Notes: generated by a model from the sequence alone, not told the origin. A DNA stretch of 64,000 bases from an uncultured cyanobacterium (GCA_963793265.1 CAWBZI010000004.1:384001-448000); one strand, 5' to 3'; positions 1-11,009 are shown, counted from the stretch's first letter. Numbers and translations are program-made.

Positions 1-569
1 CCTCAACCGCTGCGTCTGCTACTGCTGCCTCACTTCACTCCATGAAAAGCACCCTCGACGACTTATCTGCTCAAGACAAAGCAATTTTAGAGAGCGGTCA
101 GGTGACAATTGAGAGTGATGACAACGGTCAGTTCACGGGGCGGGTGCTTGTCAATGCCTCTATGCCGGAAGCCTGGCAGGTGCTTACGGACTACGACAAC
201 TTCGAGCAGTTTTTGCCTCATATCGAAAATAGCCGCCTGCTAGAAACGAATGGCGATCGCAATCAGTTCGAGCAGATTAACGTTGTTCCGATTCTTCCTT
301 TTGTGACTAGCCGTAGCACTATTGTGATCGAGTCTACCGAGCACTATCCACAGCGGGTTGACTTTAACTTAGTAGAAGGTGACTTAGACGCGCTTCAGGG
401 CGTATGGTCGCTTGAACCCATTGGCGATCAGGTATTGGTAACGCACCAAGTCTCTATTGATCCTGGCAGTGGCTCGCCTAAAGGCATCTTTTTTAGCACC
501 TATCGCAATGTGTTAGAAGATTCTCTTGGCGCTGCGAAAGTAGAAGCTGAAAGGCGCGCTGGCGAGTAA
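1..569 (+). CDS. SRPBCC/START (polyketide cyclase/dehydrase-like) protein, probably 5'-truncated by the window edge
   Basis: AWQVLTDYDNFEQFLPHIENSRLL and FNLVEGDLDALQGVWSLEP are typical SRPBCC motifs; the frame stays open upstream of ATG 42. Confidence 0.8.
   Translation, partial: STAASATAASLHSMKSTLDDLSAQDKAILESGQVTIESDDNGQFTGRVLVNASMPEAWQVLTDYDNFEQFLPHIENSRLLETNGDRNQFEQINVVPILPFVTSRSTIVIESTEHYPQRVDFNLVEGDLDALQGVWSLEPIGDQVLVTHQVSIDPGSGSPKGIFFSTYRNVLEDSLGAAKVEAERRAGE
253..260. repeat. HIP1 octamer GCGATCGC (example; dozens of copies across the window, e.g. 649, 794, 1141)
   Basis: The palindrome recurs far more often than expected by chance; it is a hallmark of cyanobacterial genomes. Confidence 0.95.
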
Positions 570-591
570 ACATAATCTGGCTATTAGCCTC

Positions 592-1404
592 ATGAAAAAA
601 GAGAATCAGCACGCCATTATCACGGGCGGGTCGAGCGGTATTGGTAAGGCGATCGCGCTTCAGCTTGCTCGGCAGGGAGCTTCTGTTTCCATCATCGCTC
701 GCGATTTGCAAAAGCTAAAGTTCGCCCAAGCTGAGATAGAACAGGCGTGTTGTTCTCCTTTGCAAAAAGTGTTAGCGCTGTCAGCAGATGTGAGCGATCG
801 CCCACAAGCCGAACAGGCTATCAACTCTGTAATCAATCAGCTCGGCCCGCCGAGTCTAATCATCACTAGCGCCGGTATTGCCTACCCTGGACACTTTCAA
901 GATATTCCCATCGAAATATTTGAACAAACGATGGCGACTAACTATTTTGGTACGCTCTATTGCATTCGAGCCGCTTTGCCGGTAATGGAACAACAGGGTC
1001 AGGGGCAGCTTGTCATCATTTCTTCGGGTGCAGGACTTATTGGTCTGTATGGCTATAGTGCGTATGGCCCTAGCAAGTTTGCAGTGCGGGGGCTAGCTGA
1101 GTCTTTGCGCGCTGAGCTGAAGCCGGTTGGGATTGGAGTTGCGATCGCCTACCCGCCCGATACAGACACCCCTCAGCTCATAGAAGAAAGTAAAACAAAG
1201 CCACCTGCCACCAAAGAGATCACTGCTACTGCAAAGCTATGGACAGCAGATGATGTCGCCAGCGTTATCTTACAAGGAACAGAAAAAGGAAAGTTCGAGA
1301 TTTCTCCTGGAACAGAAATTGGCGTTTTAACCAGAATGCACAGTCTGATTGCCCCTATCCTAAACCAGTATTTTGATCGTATCGTCGCCCGCCATCCTCG
1401 CTAG
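592..1404 (+). CDS. SDR oxidoreductase, 3-ketodihydrosphingosine reductase (KDSR)-like
   Basis: TGGSSGIG Rossmann motif, YSAYGPSKFAVRGLAESLR active site and the AYPPDTDTP motif characteristic of the KDSR-like subfamily. Confidence 0.8.
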   Translation: MKKENQHAIITGGSSGIGKAIALQLARQGASVSIIARDLQKLKFAQAEIEQACCSPLQKVLALSADVSDRPQAEQAINSVINQLGPPSLIITSAGIAYPGHFQDIPIEIFEQTMATNYFGTLYCIRAALPVMEQQGQGQLVIISSGAGLIGLYGYSAYGPSKFAVRGLAESLRAELKPVGIGVAIAYPPDTDTPQLIEESKTKPPATKEITATAKLWTADDVASVILQGTEKGKFEISPGTEIGVLTRMHSLIAPILNQYFDRIVARHPR

Positions 1405-1413
1405 GTATCACTG

Positions 1414-2055
1414 CTACTGTCTTTCAGCCCCTTGTATAACCTTCTGCCGAATTGTCCTAAGCACACTCAGCACCTGAAAAAGCTCGTCATCTCGTTCGAC
1501 AGACAACGCATAAGAGCGGGAATAAACGCGCTTAGGGTGGTGAACAAGCTTGATGAAAACAAACTCACGTCCGTTCACTAACAATCCATAAACAGGTTGC
1601 TTTGACTCAGGAGCATCTAGCATATAAGTCAAAGCCTGCGGCAAAGCCGTTAAAACATCAAAACGAGTGCTTTTAGACTCTATAACCAGCACCCAAAACT
1701 TTTGCTGAGCCACTAAAACATCAATGCTACCTTTGACTTTTAGCCCTTCATCCTCCGAGGTTATTTCAATAGATTCCTCAGTCGAGAGTTCAAAAGGTGC
1801 TTGATAAAACTCCGCTAAATCCAACAGAGGAGAAAGCACCACCATTTTGACAGCCTCTTCTGAAAAACTCTTCTGGCTCGCCAAATGCTGATAGTTTCGT
1901 TGAATCCTATTCAAACAAGCATGGTCAAACTCTGAGAGTGCGGGAGACACTTGCTGCCACTCGTCAAAAAAGTCTTGATTCGAGACTGACCGCAAGCCAA
2001 ACTTACTTTTCAGCTCATCTAAGCTGATGTCTCTAGCTTGGAAAGTTTGTACCAT
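1414..2055 (-). CDS. Stand-alone type I restriction HsdR N-terminal-like PD-(D/E)XK protein (family expanded in cyanobacteria)
   Basis: SEEAVKMVVLSPLLDLA, IDVLV..VIESK, ALPQALTYM and GLLVNGREFVFIKL. Confidence 0.75.
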   Translation of the reverse strand: MVQTFQARDISLDELKSKFGLRSVSNQDFFDEWQQVSPALSEFDHACLNRIQRNYQHLASQKSFSEEAVKMVVLSPLLDLAEFYQAPFELSTEESIEITSEDEGLKVKGSIDVLVAQQKFWVLVIESKSTRFDVLTALPQALTYMLDAPESKQPVYGLLVNGREFVFIKLVHHPKRVYSRSYALSVERDDELFQVLSVLRTIRQKVIQGAERQ

Positions 2056-2121
2056 GCGTTCAACCGGTGCTCATTCTTATAGAATATAGCATCCTACACC
2101 CGTAGCTTTAGTCACTATCGA

Positions 2122-4839
2122 CTATTCCACAGCCGCAGCGACTGCTTCCTCTTCTTCCGTCCCTTCTTCTAGCAGCACTTTTTCAGGTACTTCTGCAACC
2201 GGCTCCGGTTCAGCCGCTTTCACCTTAAAGTTCAACTGTCCAGCCTTCAACCCGATCTTCACCGTACTCCCTTCCGTAAAGCTATTCTCCAAAATTAGCG
2301 TCGCTAGCGGATTCTCTAACTCGCGCTGAATCGCCCGCTTCAATGGACGCGCACCATAAGCCGGATCGTAGCCCGCCTCAGCAACATGATCAATCGCCGC
2401 CTCAGACATTTGCAGCGTAATTTTTTGGTCGCCAAGCAAGCGATGAATACGCTGCAACTGAATAGTAATAATGCTACGCAACTCCTTTTTACTCAGCGCG
2501 TGGAAGAGAATTGTATCGTCAATGCGATTGAGAAACTCTGGGCGAAAGTGCGACCTTAGCGCACCTAAAACCAGCCCTTCCATTTCCTCATACTTAGAAT
2601 CATCGCCCGATACATCTAAAATATGCTCGCTACCAATATTACTGGTCATCACAATTACAGTATTGCGAAAGTCTACCGTACGCCCCTGAGAGTCGGTAAT
2701 GCGGCCATCGTCTAACACCTGCAACAGAATATTAAACACATCTGCATGAGCCTTTTCTACCTCGTCAAGCAACACAACAGAATAAGGTCTGCGCCGTACC
2801 GCTTCAGAAAGCTGACCGCCTTCTTCGTAGCCCACATAGCCAGGAGGGGCACCCACTAAACGAGAAACAGAATTCTTCTCCATGTATTCAGACATATCGA
2901 GGCGAACCAAAGCCTCTTCAGTGTCAAACAAAAAGGCCGCTAACGCGCGAGCTAGCTCAGTCTTGCCGACGCCCGTTGGCCCCATGAACAAGAAAGAACC
3001 AATCGGACGACCAGGGTCTTTCATGCCTGCTCGGGCTCGACGAATGGCCGCAGATACGGCGGTGACCGCTTCTGATTGACCAATTACGCGCTCGTGCAAA
3101 TGGCTCTCTAACTGCAACAGCTTTTGCCGTTCAGAAGCCATCAGCCGGTTTACCGGAATGCCCGTCCACCTTGCTACAATCTCGGCAATATCAGACTCAG
3201 TAACCTGCTCTTTGAGCATGGTGGTGCCTTCCGCCTGCATCGCCTGAAGTTTCGTGTCCTGTTCTTCTAGCTCGCGCTGAATCTCTTCTAAACGACCGTA
3301 TTTAAGCTTCGCGGCTCGCTCCAAATCGTCCGCTCGCTCGGCTTTGTCCATTCGCAGCCGCGTACGCTCTTCTTCTTCTTTAAGCTCATTAATCGTGGTC
3401 AGCGTTTCTTTTTCGCTCTGCCACTGCTCGTTAAGCATCTTTTGTTCTTTCGAGAGACTTTCTATCTCTTCTTTGAGCTTAGCCAAACGCTGTTTAGAGG
3501 TACGATTTGCGGAGCCCGCGTCTTCTTCACTCTCTAGAGAAAGTTTCTCCATCTCAAGCTGCTTTAGCCGTCGATCGATAATTTCAAGATCTTCGGGCTT
3601 AGAGTCGATCTCCATTTTGAGCTTGGCAGCGGCTTCGTCAATGAGATCGATGGCTTTGTCAGGGAGGAAGCGATCGCTAATATACCGATCCGACAAAGCC
3701 GCCGCTGCGACTAGCGCCGAGTCCAAAATCGTTACCCCATGGTGAACCTCATAGCGCTCCTTAAGCCCGCGCAAAATTGAAACCGCATCTTCCACGCTCG
3801 GCTGATCGACATACACCTGCTGAAAGCGCCGCTCTAAGGCCGTGTCTTTCTCAATATGCTTACGATACTCGTCTAACGTACTTGCCCCAATGCAGCGCAG
3901 CCCGCCCCGAGCCAGCACTGGCTTAAGCAAATTCCCCGCGTCCACATTGTTCTGACCGGCTCCGGCTCCTACAACCGTATGCAGCTCGTCAATAAACAGC
4001 ACGACCTGACCGCCGGATTCAGTCACTTCCTTAAGCACAGAACGCAGCCGGTCTTCAAATTCACCGCGATATTTAGCACCTGCAATTAAGCTGCCGACAT
4101 CTAGTGAAATTAAGGTGCGGTTCTTCAGCGATTCGGGCACGTCGCCATTGATAATTCGCTGGGCTAAGGCTTCTGCGATCGCGGTCTTCCCCACCCCCGG
4201 TTCGCCAATCAGCACCGGATTATTCTTCGTTCGCCGTGAGAGCACATGAATTACCCGGCGAATCTCCTCATCGCGCCCAATCACCGGGTCAAGCTTGCCC
4301 CCACGCGCTTCTTCTGTCAGATCGCGCCCATACTTATGCAGCGCCGGATACTCCTCCTCGCTATCCACCGTCTGCGCAACCGCCGCTTCGCTCTCGCCGC
4401 GCAGCGCCTGAACCGCCTTCATAATATGCGACGTATCTACATCAAACCCGCGCAGCAAGCGCCGCCCAATCCGCTCATCTTCCACAAAGCCAATCATCAA
4501 ATGATCAACCGAGATCAGCTCATCCTGCAAGTTCAGCCTAGCCCCATCTGCCGCATCCAGCATCCGATCCAGGCTTTGGCCCAGGTACAAATTATTGTCA
4601 ACGGCAACCCGCACCCGCGCCTGCCGCTTGGCGAACACCTCTAGCTCCTGCAAAATTTGCTCAGGTGAGAGCCCTGCCTTTACCAAAATGGCATCAGCCT
4701 GTCCTGCCTGCTCCAGCGCCGCGAGGGTCACATGTTCTACCTCCAGGTATTGCTGGCGAAACCGGCGGGCCACGTCTTGGGCCTCCACGATGGCGTCCCA
4801 GGCTTTGGCGGTAAACTTATCGGGATCAGTTGGCTGCAT
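2122..4839 (-). CDS. clpB: ATP-dependent chaperone ClpB
   Basis: Two AAA+ modules ([16 protein letters not shown]), a middle coiled-coil domain and a Clp N-domain. Confidence 0.97.
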   Translation of the reverse strand: MQPTDPDKFTAKAWDAIVEAQDVARRFRQQYLEVEHVTLAALEQAGQADAILVKAGLSPEQILQELEVFAKRQARVRVAVDNNLYLGQSLDRMLDAADGARLNLQDELISVDHLMIGFVEDERIGRRLLRGFDVDTSHIMKAVQALRGESEAAVAQTVDSEEEYPALHKYGRDLTEEARGGKLDPVIGRDEEIRRVIHVLSRRTKNNPVLIGEPGVGKTAIAEALAQRIINGDVPESLKNRTLISLDVGSLIAGAKYRGEFEDRLRSVLKEVTESGGQVVLFIDELHTVVGAGAGQNNVDAGNLLKPVLARGGLRCIGASTLDEYRKHIEKDTALERRFQQVYVDQPSVEDAVSILRGLKERYEVHHGVTILDSALVAAAALSDRYISDRFLPDKAIDLIDEAAAKLKMEIDSKPEDLEIIDRRLKQLEMEKLSLESEEDAGSANRTSKQRLAKLKEEIESLSKEQKMLNEQWQSEKETLTTINELKEEEERTRLRMDKAERADDLERAAKLKYGRLEEIQRELEEQDTKLQAMQAEGTTMLKEQVTESDIAEIVARWTGIPVNRLMASERQKLLQLESHLHERVIGQSEAVTAVSAAIRRARAGMKDPGRPIGSFLFMGPTGVGKTELARALAAFLFDTEEALVRLDMSEYMEKNSVSRLVGAPPGYVGYEEGGQLSEAVRRRPYSVVLLDEVEKAHADVFNILLQVLDDGRITDSQGRTVDFRNTVIVMTSNIGSEHILDVSGDDSKYEEMEGLVLGALRSHFRPEFLNRIDDTILFHALSKKELRSIITIQLQRIHRLLGDQKITLQMSEAAIDHVAEAGYDPAYGARPLKRAIQRELENPLATLILENSFTEGSTVKIGLKAGQLNFKVKAAEPEPVAEVPEKVLLEEGTEEEEAVAAAVE

Positions 4840-5008
4840 AGAGAAGGAAAAGGGGGGCTGTAAACGCAGAATACGTGCAATTTCTCAGTATAGCAACGGA
4901 AGGGGTTATGTATCTTCTGAGGGTCAGTAGATGGCGCAGCGGCGCGCTCGCTGAGACTAAACCTATACTGAACAGTATTCGTTTAGTGCTCAGTGAAACA
5001 TCGTCCTT

Positions 5009-5956
5009 ATGAATATAGATAGTTTGCGAATAGTTTCTTTGATTCCAAGTGCAACTGAGATTGTGGCGAAGCTGGGCTATGGTTCGTGTTTGGTGGGGCG
5101 ATCGCACGAATGCGACTATCCTCCATCGGTTCGATCTCTACCCGTCTGTACGGAGCCCAAGTTTGACCCCAAGGGCACGAGCGGCGAAATTCACGAACGT
5201 GTGACTGACCTACTCACCTCTGCACTGAGCGTTTATCGGGTGAAGACGGAAGTCTTAGCAGCGCTGAAGCCGACGCACATTATCACGCAAGCGCAGTGTG
5301 AGGTCTGTGCGGTGAGCCTGAGCGACGTAGAGCAGGCCGTATCAGAGCTAGTGTCAGCCGGTGAAAGTGAGGCGAGGGCAATTCAGGTGGTGTCTTTGCA
5401 GCCTGAGCGGCTAGCCGATGTATGGACGGATATGGCGAGAGTGGCAGCGGCTTTGGATGGTTCAAAGTCGGGGGCCGCAGACACTATTATTCAACAGTTA
5501 AAGGGGCGTATTCAGCCTGTGGCGGTGGAAGGCGATCGCCCCAAAGTCGCCTGTATTGAATGGACTGATCCGCTAATGGCCGCAGGCAACTGGATCCCTG
5601 AGCTGGTGACGATGGCAGGCGGTGATGATTGCTTTGGTAAGGCGGGCGCGCATTCTGACTGGATGAGCTGGGCGGAGCTGACTGCTGCTGATCCTGATGT
5701 GATTGTGGTGCTGCCCTGTGGCTATGACATGGCCCAAACCCAGCAGGCGACTGAGGAGATGGCGAGTCATGCAGAATGGGGGCAGCTCAAGGCGGTGAAA
5801 AACAATCGGGTTTATTTAACCGATGGGAATCAGTTTTTTAATCGCCCTGGGCCAAGGCTGGTAGAGTCTTGGGAGATCTTGACGGAGATTATTCGGGGCC
5901 AGCCAGTGAATGAAGACAGAGCGCTAGTGGGTTGGACACTTTGGCATTCAAATTGA
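5009..5956 (+). CDS. BtuF-like cobalamin/Fe-complex substrate-binding protein
   Basis: RIVSLIPSATEIV, GRSHECDYP and DGNQFFNRPGPRL. Confidence 0.85.
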   Translation: MNIDSLRIVSLIPSATEIVAKLGYGSCLVGRSHECDYPPSVRSLPVCTEPKFDPKGTSGEIHERVTDLLTSALSVYRVKTEVLAALKPTHIITQAQCEVCAVSLSDVEQAVSELVSAGESEARAIQVVSLQPERLADVWTDMARVAAALDGSKSGAADTIIQQLKGRIQPVAVEGDRPKVACIEWTDPLMAAGNWIPELVTMAGGDDCFGKAGAHSDWMSWAELTAADPDVIVVLPCGYDMAQTQQATEEMASHAEWGQLKAVKNNRVYLTDGNQFFNRPGPRLVESWEILTEIIRGQPVNEDRALVGWTLWHSN

Positions 5957-6988
5957 CTTCAAGATTGTTAAAACTGTTTTCTCAGAATTGTCTAACCACG
6001 TGTCGGGGTCAGCTAGCACCTGCTTTTGCACTTCGCTAAGCTGTGCAATCAGCGCGCCTGCTATGTAATTTTCAGGCACAACCGGATGTACATAGTACTT
6101 ACGACAGGTGGCAGGGCGATTGCCGAGCCGAGCAGCAGCGGCTTTGATAGCTGCAACAACATTCTTTTTGGCTTCTGTTTCTTCGGCCCAGTCACCAAGC
6201 TGATTAAGCGTGTCTGTTGCAACTGTTGTTCCGGCCCAAGTTCTAAAGTCTTTGGCCGTAAACTCCTCGCCAGTGATGCTTTTAAGGTAGTCGTTCACAT
6301 CGCCAGAATCTACCGTTTGGCGATCGCTGTCCTCGTCGTAATACTGAAATAGCTCATAGCCGGGAATGTCCTGGCACTGCTTAATCACCTTTGCAAGCTT
6401 AGGATCGTTTACCTCAACTTCGTGCTTAACGCCGCTTTTGCCGACAAAGTGAAACATCGCCTTGCCTTTCTCAAAATCCACGTGGCGATCGCGCAAAGTC
6501 GTCAGTCCAAAAGACTTATTCCGCTGAGCATACTGCGCATTCCCCACCCGAATCAGCGTTCTATCTAGTAGCTGCACAACGGTCGCAATCACTTTTTCAC
6601 GAGAGAGCTTTCTTTGCCGCATATGCGCCTCGGTCTGCTCACGCAAGATCGGTAGCGTTAGCCCAAAAGGCACCATTCGGTCGAACTTTTGCAGATTGCG
6701 AAACTTGTTCCACTCAGGATGATAGCGATACTGCTTGCGGCCCTTATCGTCGCGCCCGGTCGCCTGCAAATGCCCGTCGGGATTCGGGCAGATCCAAACC
6801 TCGTCCCAGTTGGGCGGAATTGCCAGCGCTTCGATGCGATCGCGCTCTACTCCAGGCTGCAACCTTTCACCGTCCGGCAAAATATAGCTAAAGCCTTTCC
6901 CCCTACGCTCACGGCTAATACCGGGCGCAGTGTCCTGAACATAGCGTAGACCCGCTGCTACTGCCGCCTTTTTGGGCTCAACTTTCAT
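5948..6988 (-). CDS. Bacterial DNA topoisomerase IB
   Basis: GRKQYRYH plus catalytic pentad motifs LIRVGN, FVGKSG, KDFRTW, LGN and KYYVHP. Confidence 0.93.
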   Translation of the reverse strand: MKVEPKKAAVAAGLRYVQDTAPGISRERRGKGFSYILPDGERLQPGVERDRIEALAIPPNWDEVWICPNPDGHLQATGRDDKGRKQYRYHPEWNKFRNLQKFDRMVPFGLTLPILREQTEAHMRQRKLSREKVIATVVQLLDRTLIRVGNAQYAQRNKSFGLTTLRDRHVDFEKGKAMFHFVGKSGVKHEVEVNDPKLAKVIKQCQDIPGYELFQYYDEDSDRQTVDSGDVNDYLKSITGEEFTAKDFRTWAGTTVATDTLNQLGDWAEETEAKKNVVAAIKAAAARLGNRPATCRKYYVHPVVPENYIAGALIAQLSEVQKQVLADPDTWLDNSEKTVLTILKSI

Positions 6989-7060
6989 CGCTTGGCCGAG
7001 CGAGATCCGCTAGCTGGTATGGTTAAAAGCATAGTATTTTCGACGGGATAGAGCCTAAGC

Positions 7061-7249
7061 ATGTATTTACTCGCGCAAGAAGCAGCCGTTCCTTACTCTT
7101 TGGTTTTGACTATCGTTGGCGTCGTTGGATTTGCCGCCGCTGTTGGCCTGGGCTCTATCGCCTGGTACAACTCCAAACGCCCTGCGGGCTGGGAAGGCAA
7201 AGAGCGGCCTGATGTCGTGCCCAAAATTGATAAAAACTCAGATTCTTAA
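7061..7249 (+). CDS. psb35: Single-helix photosystem II assembly protein Psb35-like
   Basis: One TM helix followed by GSIAWYNSKRPAGWE..ERPDVVP; recognised from memory of the family. Confidence 0.55.
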   Translation: MYLLAQEAAVPYSLVLTIVGVVGFAAAVGLGSIAWYNSKRPAGWEGKERPDVVPKIDKNSDS

Positions 7250-7345
7250 GCACAGCTTCTAGTCTGACTTGGCACAACGGGCAAGCTCACCTGAAAATAA
7301 TAGCGGTACGGTAGATACCTGAAGATCTGGCTAACGGAGGAAATT

Positions 7346-8347
7346 GTGCTAGAGAGCAATGTTCAATGCCGGAGATGGCAAGCGGGTGTGATAGCCGCAT
7401 TTGTGTCTTTAGGGCTATCGGGCTGTCGTAGCGGTTCTGTTGAGCCAAAGGTATTGCTGCGCCCGGCCTATGCAAACTTAGAAGAACTTTTTCAAACAGA
7501 GATCATTAATATCGGTTTAGAAGAACTTGGCTATGAAGTGCTCTCTGGTTCAGAAGTAGAGTACGACATTATTCACAAGGCGATCGCTAACCGCTATCTA
7601 GACTTTACAACAGTGCACTGGAATCCTTTGCACAATGACTTTTTTGAGGGAAATGGCGGCGAAGAAACCATGGCGCGAGTCGGCACCTTAATTGAAGATG
7701 CAACTCAGGGCTATTCGATTGATCAAAAGACGGCTAGACAGTACCAGATCACTAATTTGGAGCAGTTGAAAGGGGCTATAATTGCAGCTCAGTTTGATAC
7801 CGATGGTGACGGTAGAGCAAATCTGATCGGATGTCCGCCTGGCTGGGCCTGCCGCGATGTCATTGAGCATCATCTGGATGCTTATGGGCTAAGAGAAACC
7901 GTTGAGCATGACAACGACAACTATTTTGCTCAAATATCAGCTGCGATTAGGGCTCAGGCGGCGGGCGAATCCGTCCTTTATTACTCGTGGACGCCGCTAT
8001 GGGTCAGCAACGTGCTTGTCCCTGGTGAGCAGGTGGAGTGGCTAGAAGTCCCCTATACAGCGCTTCCTGATAGCTACGCAGATGAGACAAGCACAATAAT
8101 CGATGGCAAAAACTTAGGTTTTGCCATCAATCAAATTGAAGTATTAGCAAACAGAGAATTTCTCGAGGAGAATCCTACCGCAAGAGAATTTTTTGAAGCT
8201 GCCCAAATTCCTATCGAAGCGGTTAGTCTGCAAAACCAAAGAATGCACAGTGGCGAAAATACGCCTGCCGATATTAGGCGTCATGCTGAAGAATGGATTG
8301 CTGACAACCAGGATACATTTGATAGCTGGGTAGCCCGCTCGCGGTAG
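7346..8347 (+). CDS. proX: Glycine betaine/proline ABC transporter substrate-binding lipoprotein
   Basis: LSGC lipobox; FDTDGDGRANLIGCPPGWAC and YYSWTPLW ProX motifs. Confidence 0.85.
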   Translation: MLESNVQCRRWQAGVIAAFVSLGLSGCRSGSVEPKVLLRPAYANLEELFQTEIINIGLEELGYEVLSGSEVEYDIIHKAIANRYLDFTTVHWNPLHNDFFEGNGGEETMARVGTLIEDATQGYSIDQKTARQYQITNLEQLKGAIIAAQFDTDGDGRANLIGCPPGWACRDVIEHHLDAYGLRETVEHDNDNYFAQISAAIRAQAAGESVLYYSWTPLWVSNVLVPGEQVEWLEVPYTALPDSYADETSTIIDGKNLGFAINQIEVLANREFLEENPTAREFFEAAQIPIEAVSLQNQRMHSGENTPADIRRHAEEWIADNQDTFDSWVARSR

Positions 8348-8365
8348 GGGCACCCAAAAGATCGC

Positions 8366-9241
8366 CTAGTTAGACATCTGCCCGCCTGTCACATCAACCA
8401 GCGCGCCTGTCATAAAGCTGCTGTCTTCTGCCGCTAAAAAGACGTAGGCCGGAGCCAGTTCTTCTGGCTGACCTGCCCGGCTCATTGCGTTGTCGCTGTC
8501 GTACTCAGCAACTTTCTCTTCAGGCATCGTCGCTGGAATATTAGGCGTCCATACGGGGCCAGGCACCACCGCGTTCACGCGAATCTTTTTATCGGCCAAA
8601 TTTTGCGCCAAAGACTTTGTAAATGTATGTACCGCGCCCTTGCTCGAAGAGTAGTCCAGCAGCATTCCCTTACCAATTTTGCCGACAATAGAGCCTGTGT
8701 TGATAATCACGTTGCCTTCCTTGAGATGAGGATAGGCAGCCTTGAACATATGAAAGTAGCCGAAAATATTGGTTTCAAATGTCTCGTGAAACTGTTTGAT
8801 TGTGAGATCGGCCAGGTCTTTTTGAACCATCTGAAAGGCCGCGTTGTTCACTAAAATGTCGAGCTTGCCAAATTCATCAATTGTCTGCTGAACGGCGTTT
8901 TCACACTCTTCAGGCTTGCGCACGTCCATTTTGATTGGCAGACACTTACCGCCGCGCTCTTCGACCATGCTTTTGGTCTTTTGCGCGTCGTCATCGCTGG
9001 CGTTATACAAGATAGAGACATTCGCGCCTTCCATGGCATAGGCAATCGCAACTGCCCGGCCAATGCCCGAGTCTCCGCCCGTAATAATCGCCACTTTATC
9101 GGTCAGCTTACCAGCGGGCTTGTAGTTAGACAAATCGCTATCTGGCGCGATATTCATGTCTTCCTGGCTAGCGGGGTAGGCCAGCGTTTGGCCGTCCATA
9201 TCTTCAGGCTTGGGTCTGCGTTCTTGCTTACTTGCGGTCAT
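8366..9241 (-). CDS. SDR oxidoreductase, general-stress YdaD/YghA-like
   Basis: GKLTDKVAIITGGDSGIGRAVA, DYSSSKGA, PGPVWTP and RAGQPEELAPAYVFLA. Confidence 0.88.
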   Translation of the reverse strand: MTASKQERRPKPEDMDGQTLAYPASQEDMNIAPDSDLSNYKPAGKLTDKVAIITGGDSGIGRAVAIAYAMEGANVSILYNASDDDAQKTKSMVEERGGKCLPIKMDVRKPEECENAVQQTIDEFGKLDILVNNAAFQMVQKDLADLTIKQFHETFETNIFGYFHMFKAAYPHLKEGNVIINTGSIVGKIGKGMLLDYSSSKGAVHTFTKSLAQNLADKKIRVNAVVPGPVWTPNIPATMPEEKVAEYDSDNAMSRAGQPEELAPAYVFLAAEDSSFMTGALVDVTGGQMSN

Positions 9242-9309
9242 TACAATTCACGGGGTTATCGTTTGTGCAAAGGGGTTTACCCCGAGCTTTGTGAAGCAAA
9301 AAGTGGGGC

Positions 9310-9352
9310 AAAAAAGAAGCCAAACAAACCCCTGGTGACAGGTTTGTTTGGC
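9310..9352 (-). terminator. Intrinsic terminator downstream of the 65-aa gene
   Basis: Perfect 12-bp stem GCCAAACAAACC/GGTTTGTTTGGC followed by TTCTTTTTT on the minus strand. Confidence 0.75.
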
Positions 9353-9405
9353 CGTTGCTCTAATTGGGCTAAAACTTTGGGGGTTAGAACCCTAAGAGCA
9401 AAACT

Positions 9406-9603
9406 CTAGCGAGCTTCGGTACCTTGATTTGGGCTACCTGCAACCGTGCCATCGTTGCCGGGTGCTTCTGGAGCCGCGCCGTCTCTAACGTCTGTGTTAG
9501 AGCCCTGACCCGTTTTACGCGTCTTAGGGTTAACGGTCGTTTGCTTACCGCTAACGTCAAGATCAACGTCTTTGTTCTCTTTGTTTTCTGCTTTTTCAGC
9601 CAT
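9406..9603 (-). CDS. Small hydrophilic, probably disordered protein (65 aa)
   Basis: AGAGGA SD-like sequence upstream, G/T/N/E/K-rich composition and its own terminator. Confidence 0.65.
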   Translation of the reverse strand: MAEKAENKENKDVDLDVSGKQTTVNPKTRKTGQGSNTDVRDGAAPEAPGNDGTVAGSPNQGTEAR

Positions 9604-9812
9604 GTGAGGAGTCCTCTTAATTTACCAAACGGCGATCGCACCTTAAAAAATAAAGTTCGAGGCGAATCACCGACCTCAATACAGTAGAAAAAATGTAGAA
9701 CAACAGATTCCTCCTACGGTCACAAACTGCAACCGTAGCATCCACGCCCAAAGAATGACTTTACGCAAATTACGCACACCAACTAAGCCCCGATAGCGCG
9801 CCCCGATTGCGA

Positions 9813-11009
9813 CTAGCCTGAACAGCGTTGATTGCCAGGTTCTGCCAAACCCCAAGTTCTCACCGTGCCGTCAAAGCCGCCGCTCACGACAGAGGAGCCG
9901 CGATCGGTGAAATCTACGCTGTAGACGAAGCCTGAATGACCGCTAAGCGTGCAGAGTTCGCGTCCACCTGCTCTGTTCCAAAGCTTGATCGTTTCGTCGT
10001 AGCTGCCGCTGGCAAGCGTTTTGCCATCCGGGCTAAAGGCCACATCAGCGACGACAAAGTTATGACCTGAAAGCGTTTGCTCGGGCTTGCCGGTTTCTAG
10101 ATTCCAAATGCGAATGAGGTTGTCGTAGCTGCCGCTGGCAACGTATTGTCCATCTGGACTAATGGCGATGCTGGCAATACGGTCGGAGTCGCTAGTGAGC
10201 GTCAGCGTAGGCTCGTTTCTTTCAAGATCCCAGACTTGAATGGTGCCGTCATGATCGCCGCTAATCAGGAGGTTGCTATTCGTAGGATGGAAAGCTAAAG
10301 CATCAACTTGAGGGCCTATCTCAGCGAGCAGTGTGCCCCTGAGGCTGGTTTGGCTTTGCTGCGCTGCAACCTCTGCGACGGGCCAAATTTTGATCGAACC
10401 GTTGCTGCTACCGCTGGCAAAATAAGCGCCGTCTGGGCTGGCCGCTATGCTCATGATTCGGCCTGCATTATCGGCAATCGTGGTGATGACCTCGCCCGAG
10501 ACGGCATTCCACAGCTTAATTTCGCCTGAGCCACTGCCGGTCACTAACTGTTGCTCAGCGCTGCTGTTAGCAATATCTGTATCAGTCTCAGAATTAGGAA
10601 TAAAGGCAAGGCTATTAACACGACCGCTGTGAGGGAGCGATCGCACCTCAAATCTCATACCGCCTGCGCGATCGCCCGTGCTCCAAACCTTTACCGTATT
10701 GTCATAGCTACCGCTGGCAATTAGCGAGCTGTTGGGTGACTTGGTGGGGGCTGACACGCTCAGAACGGTGGCATTGTGAACCCCTAAAACGGTTGATGAT
10801 GAAGGGCCAGTTGACTGCTTAGGCGGTGCGTCAGATGCGATCGCAGCTCTGCTGCTAATTTCTAGCTCTCGACCCGTTGAACCATCGGCAAAATTAGGCT
10901 CTCTACCCATGCGATCGGAAGCGAGAAGAATAGCACTACAGACGCCGACGATAATACCGGCGGTTGCCAGTACTGCTGCGATAGGAAAAAGGTTTCTATT
11001 ATTTTGCAT
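9813..11009 (-). CDS. Membrane-anchored WD40 beta-propeller protein
   Basis: About 7 repeats of the ASGSYDxxxxxW type and an N-terminal hydrophobic helix; likely ATG at 11009. Confidence 0.9.
   Translation of the reverse strand: MQNNRNLFPIAAVLATAGIIVGVCSAILLASDRMGREPNFADGSTGRELEISSRAAIASDAPPKQSTGPSSSTVLGVHNATVLSVSAPTKSPNSSLIASGSYDNTVKVWSTGDRAGGMRFEVRSLPHSGRVNSLAFIPNSETDTDIANSSAEQQLVTGSGSGEIKLWNAVSGEVITTIADNAGRIMSIAASPDGAYFASGSSNGSIKIWPVAEVAAQQSQTSLRGTLLAEIGPQVDALAFHPTNSNLLISGDHDGTIQVWDLERNEPTLTLTSDSDRIASIAISPDGQYVASGSYDNLIRIWNLETGKPEQTLSGHNFVVADVAFSPDGKTLASGSYDETIKLWNRAGGRELCTLSGHSGFVYSVDFTDRGSSVVSGGFDGTVRTWGLAEPGNQRCSG

Noticed and set aside
1414..2055. Type I restriction-modification system
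   Set aside because: Only a stand-alone nuclease-like domain; no hsdM, hsdS or helicase
4840..5010. Cobalamin riboswitch before the BtuF-like gene
   Set aside because: The spacer is short and no B12-box is visible
2471..5107. Multiple antisense or overlapping ORFs on clpB (likewise on groEL, tamB, the DUF2157-like gene, sat and mutS2)
   Set aside because: Shadow frames of genuine genes, with no motifs or SD sequences
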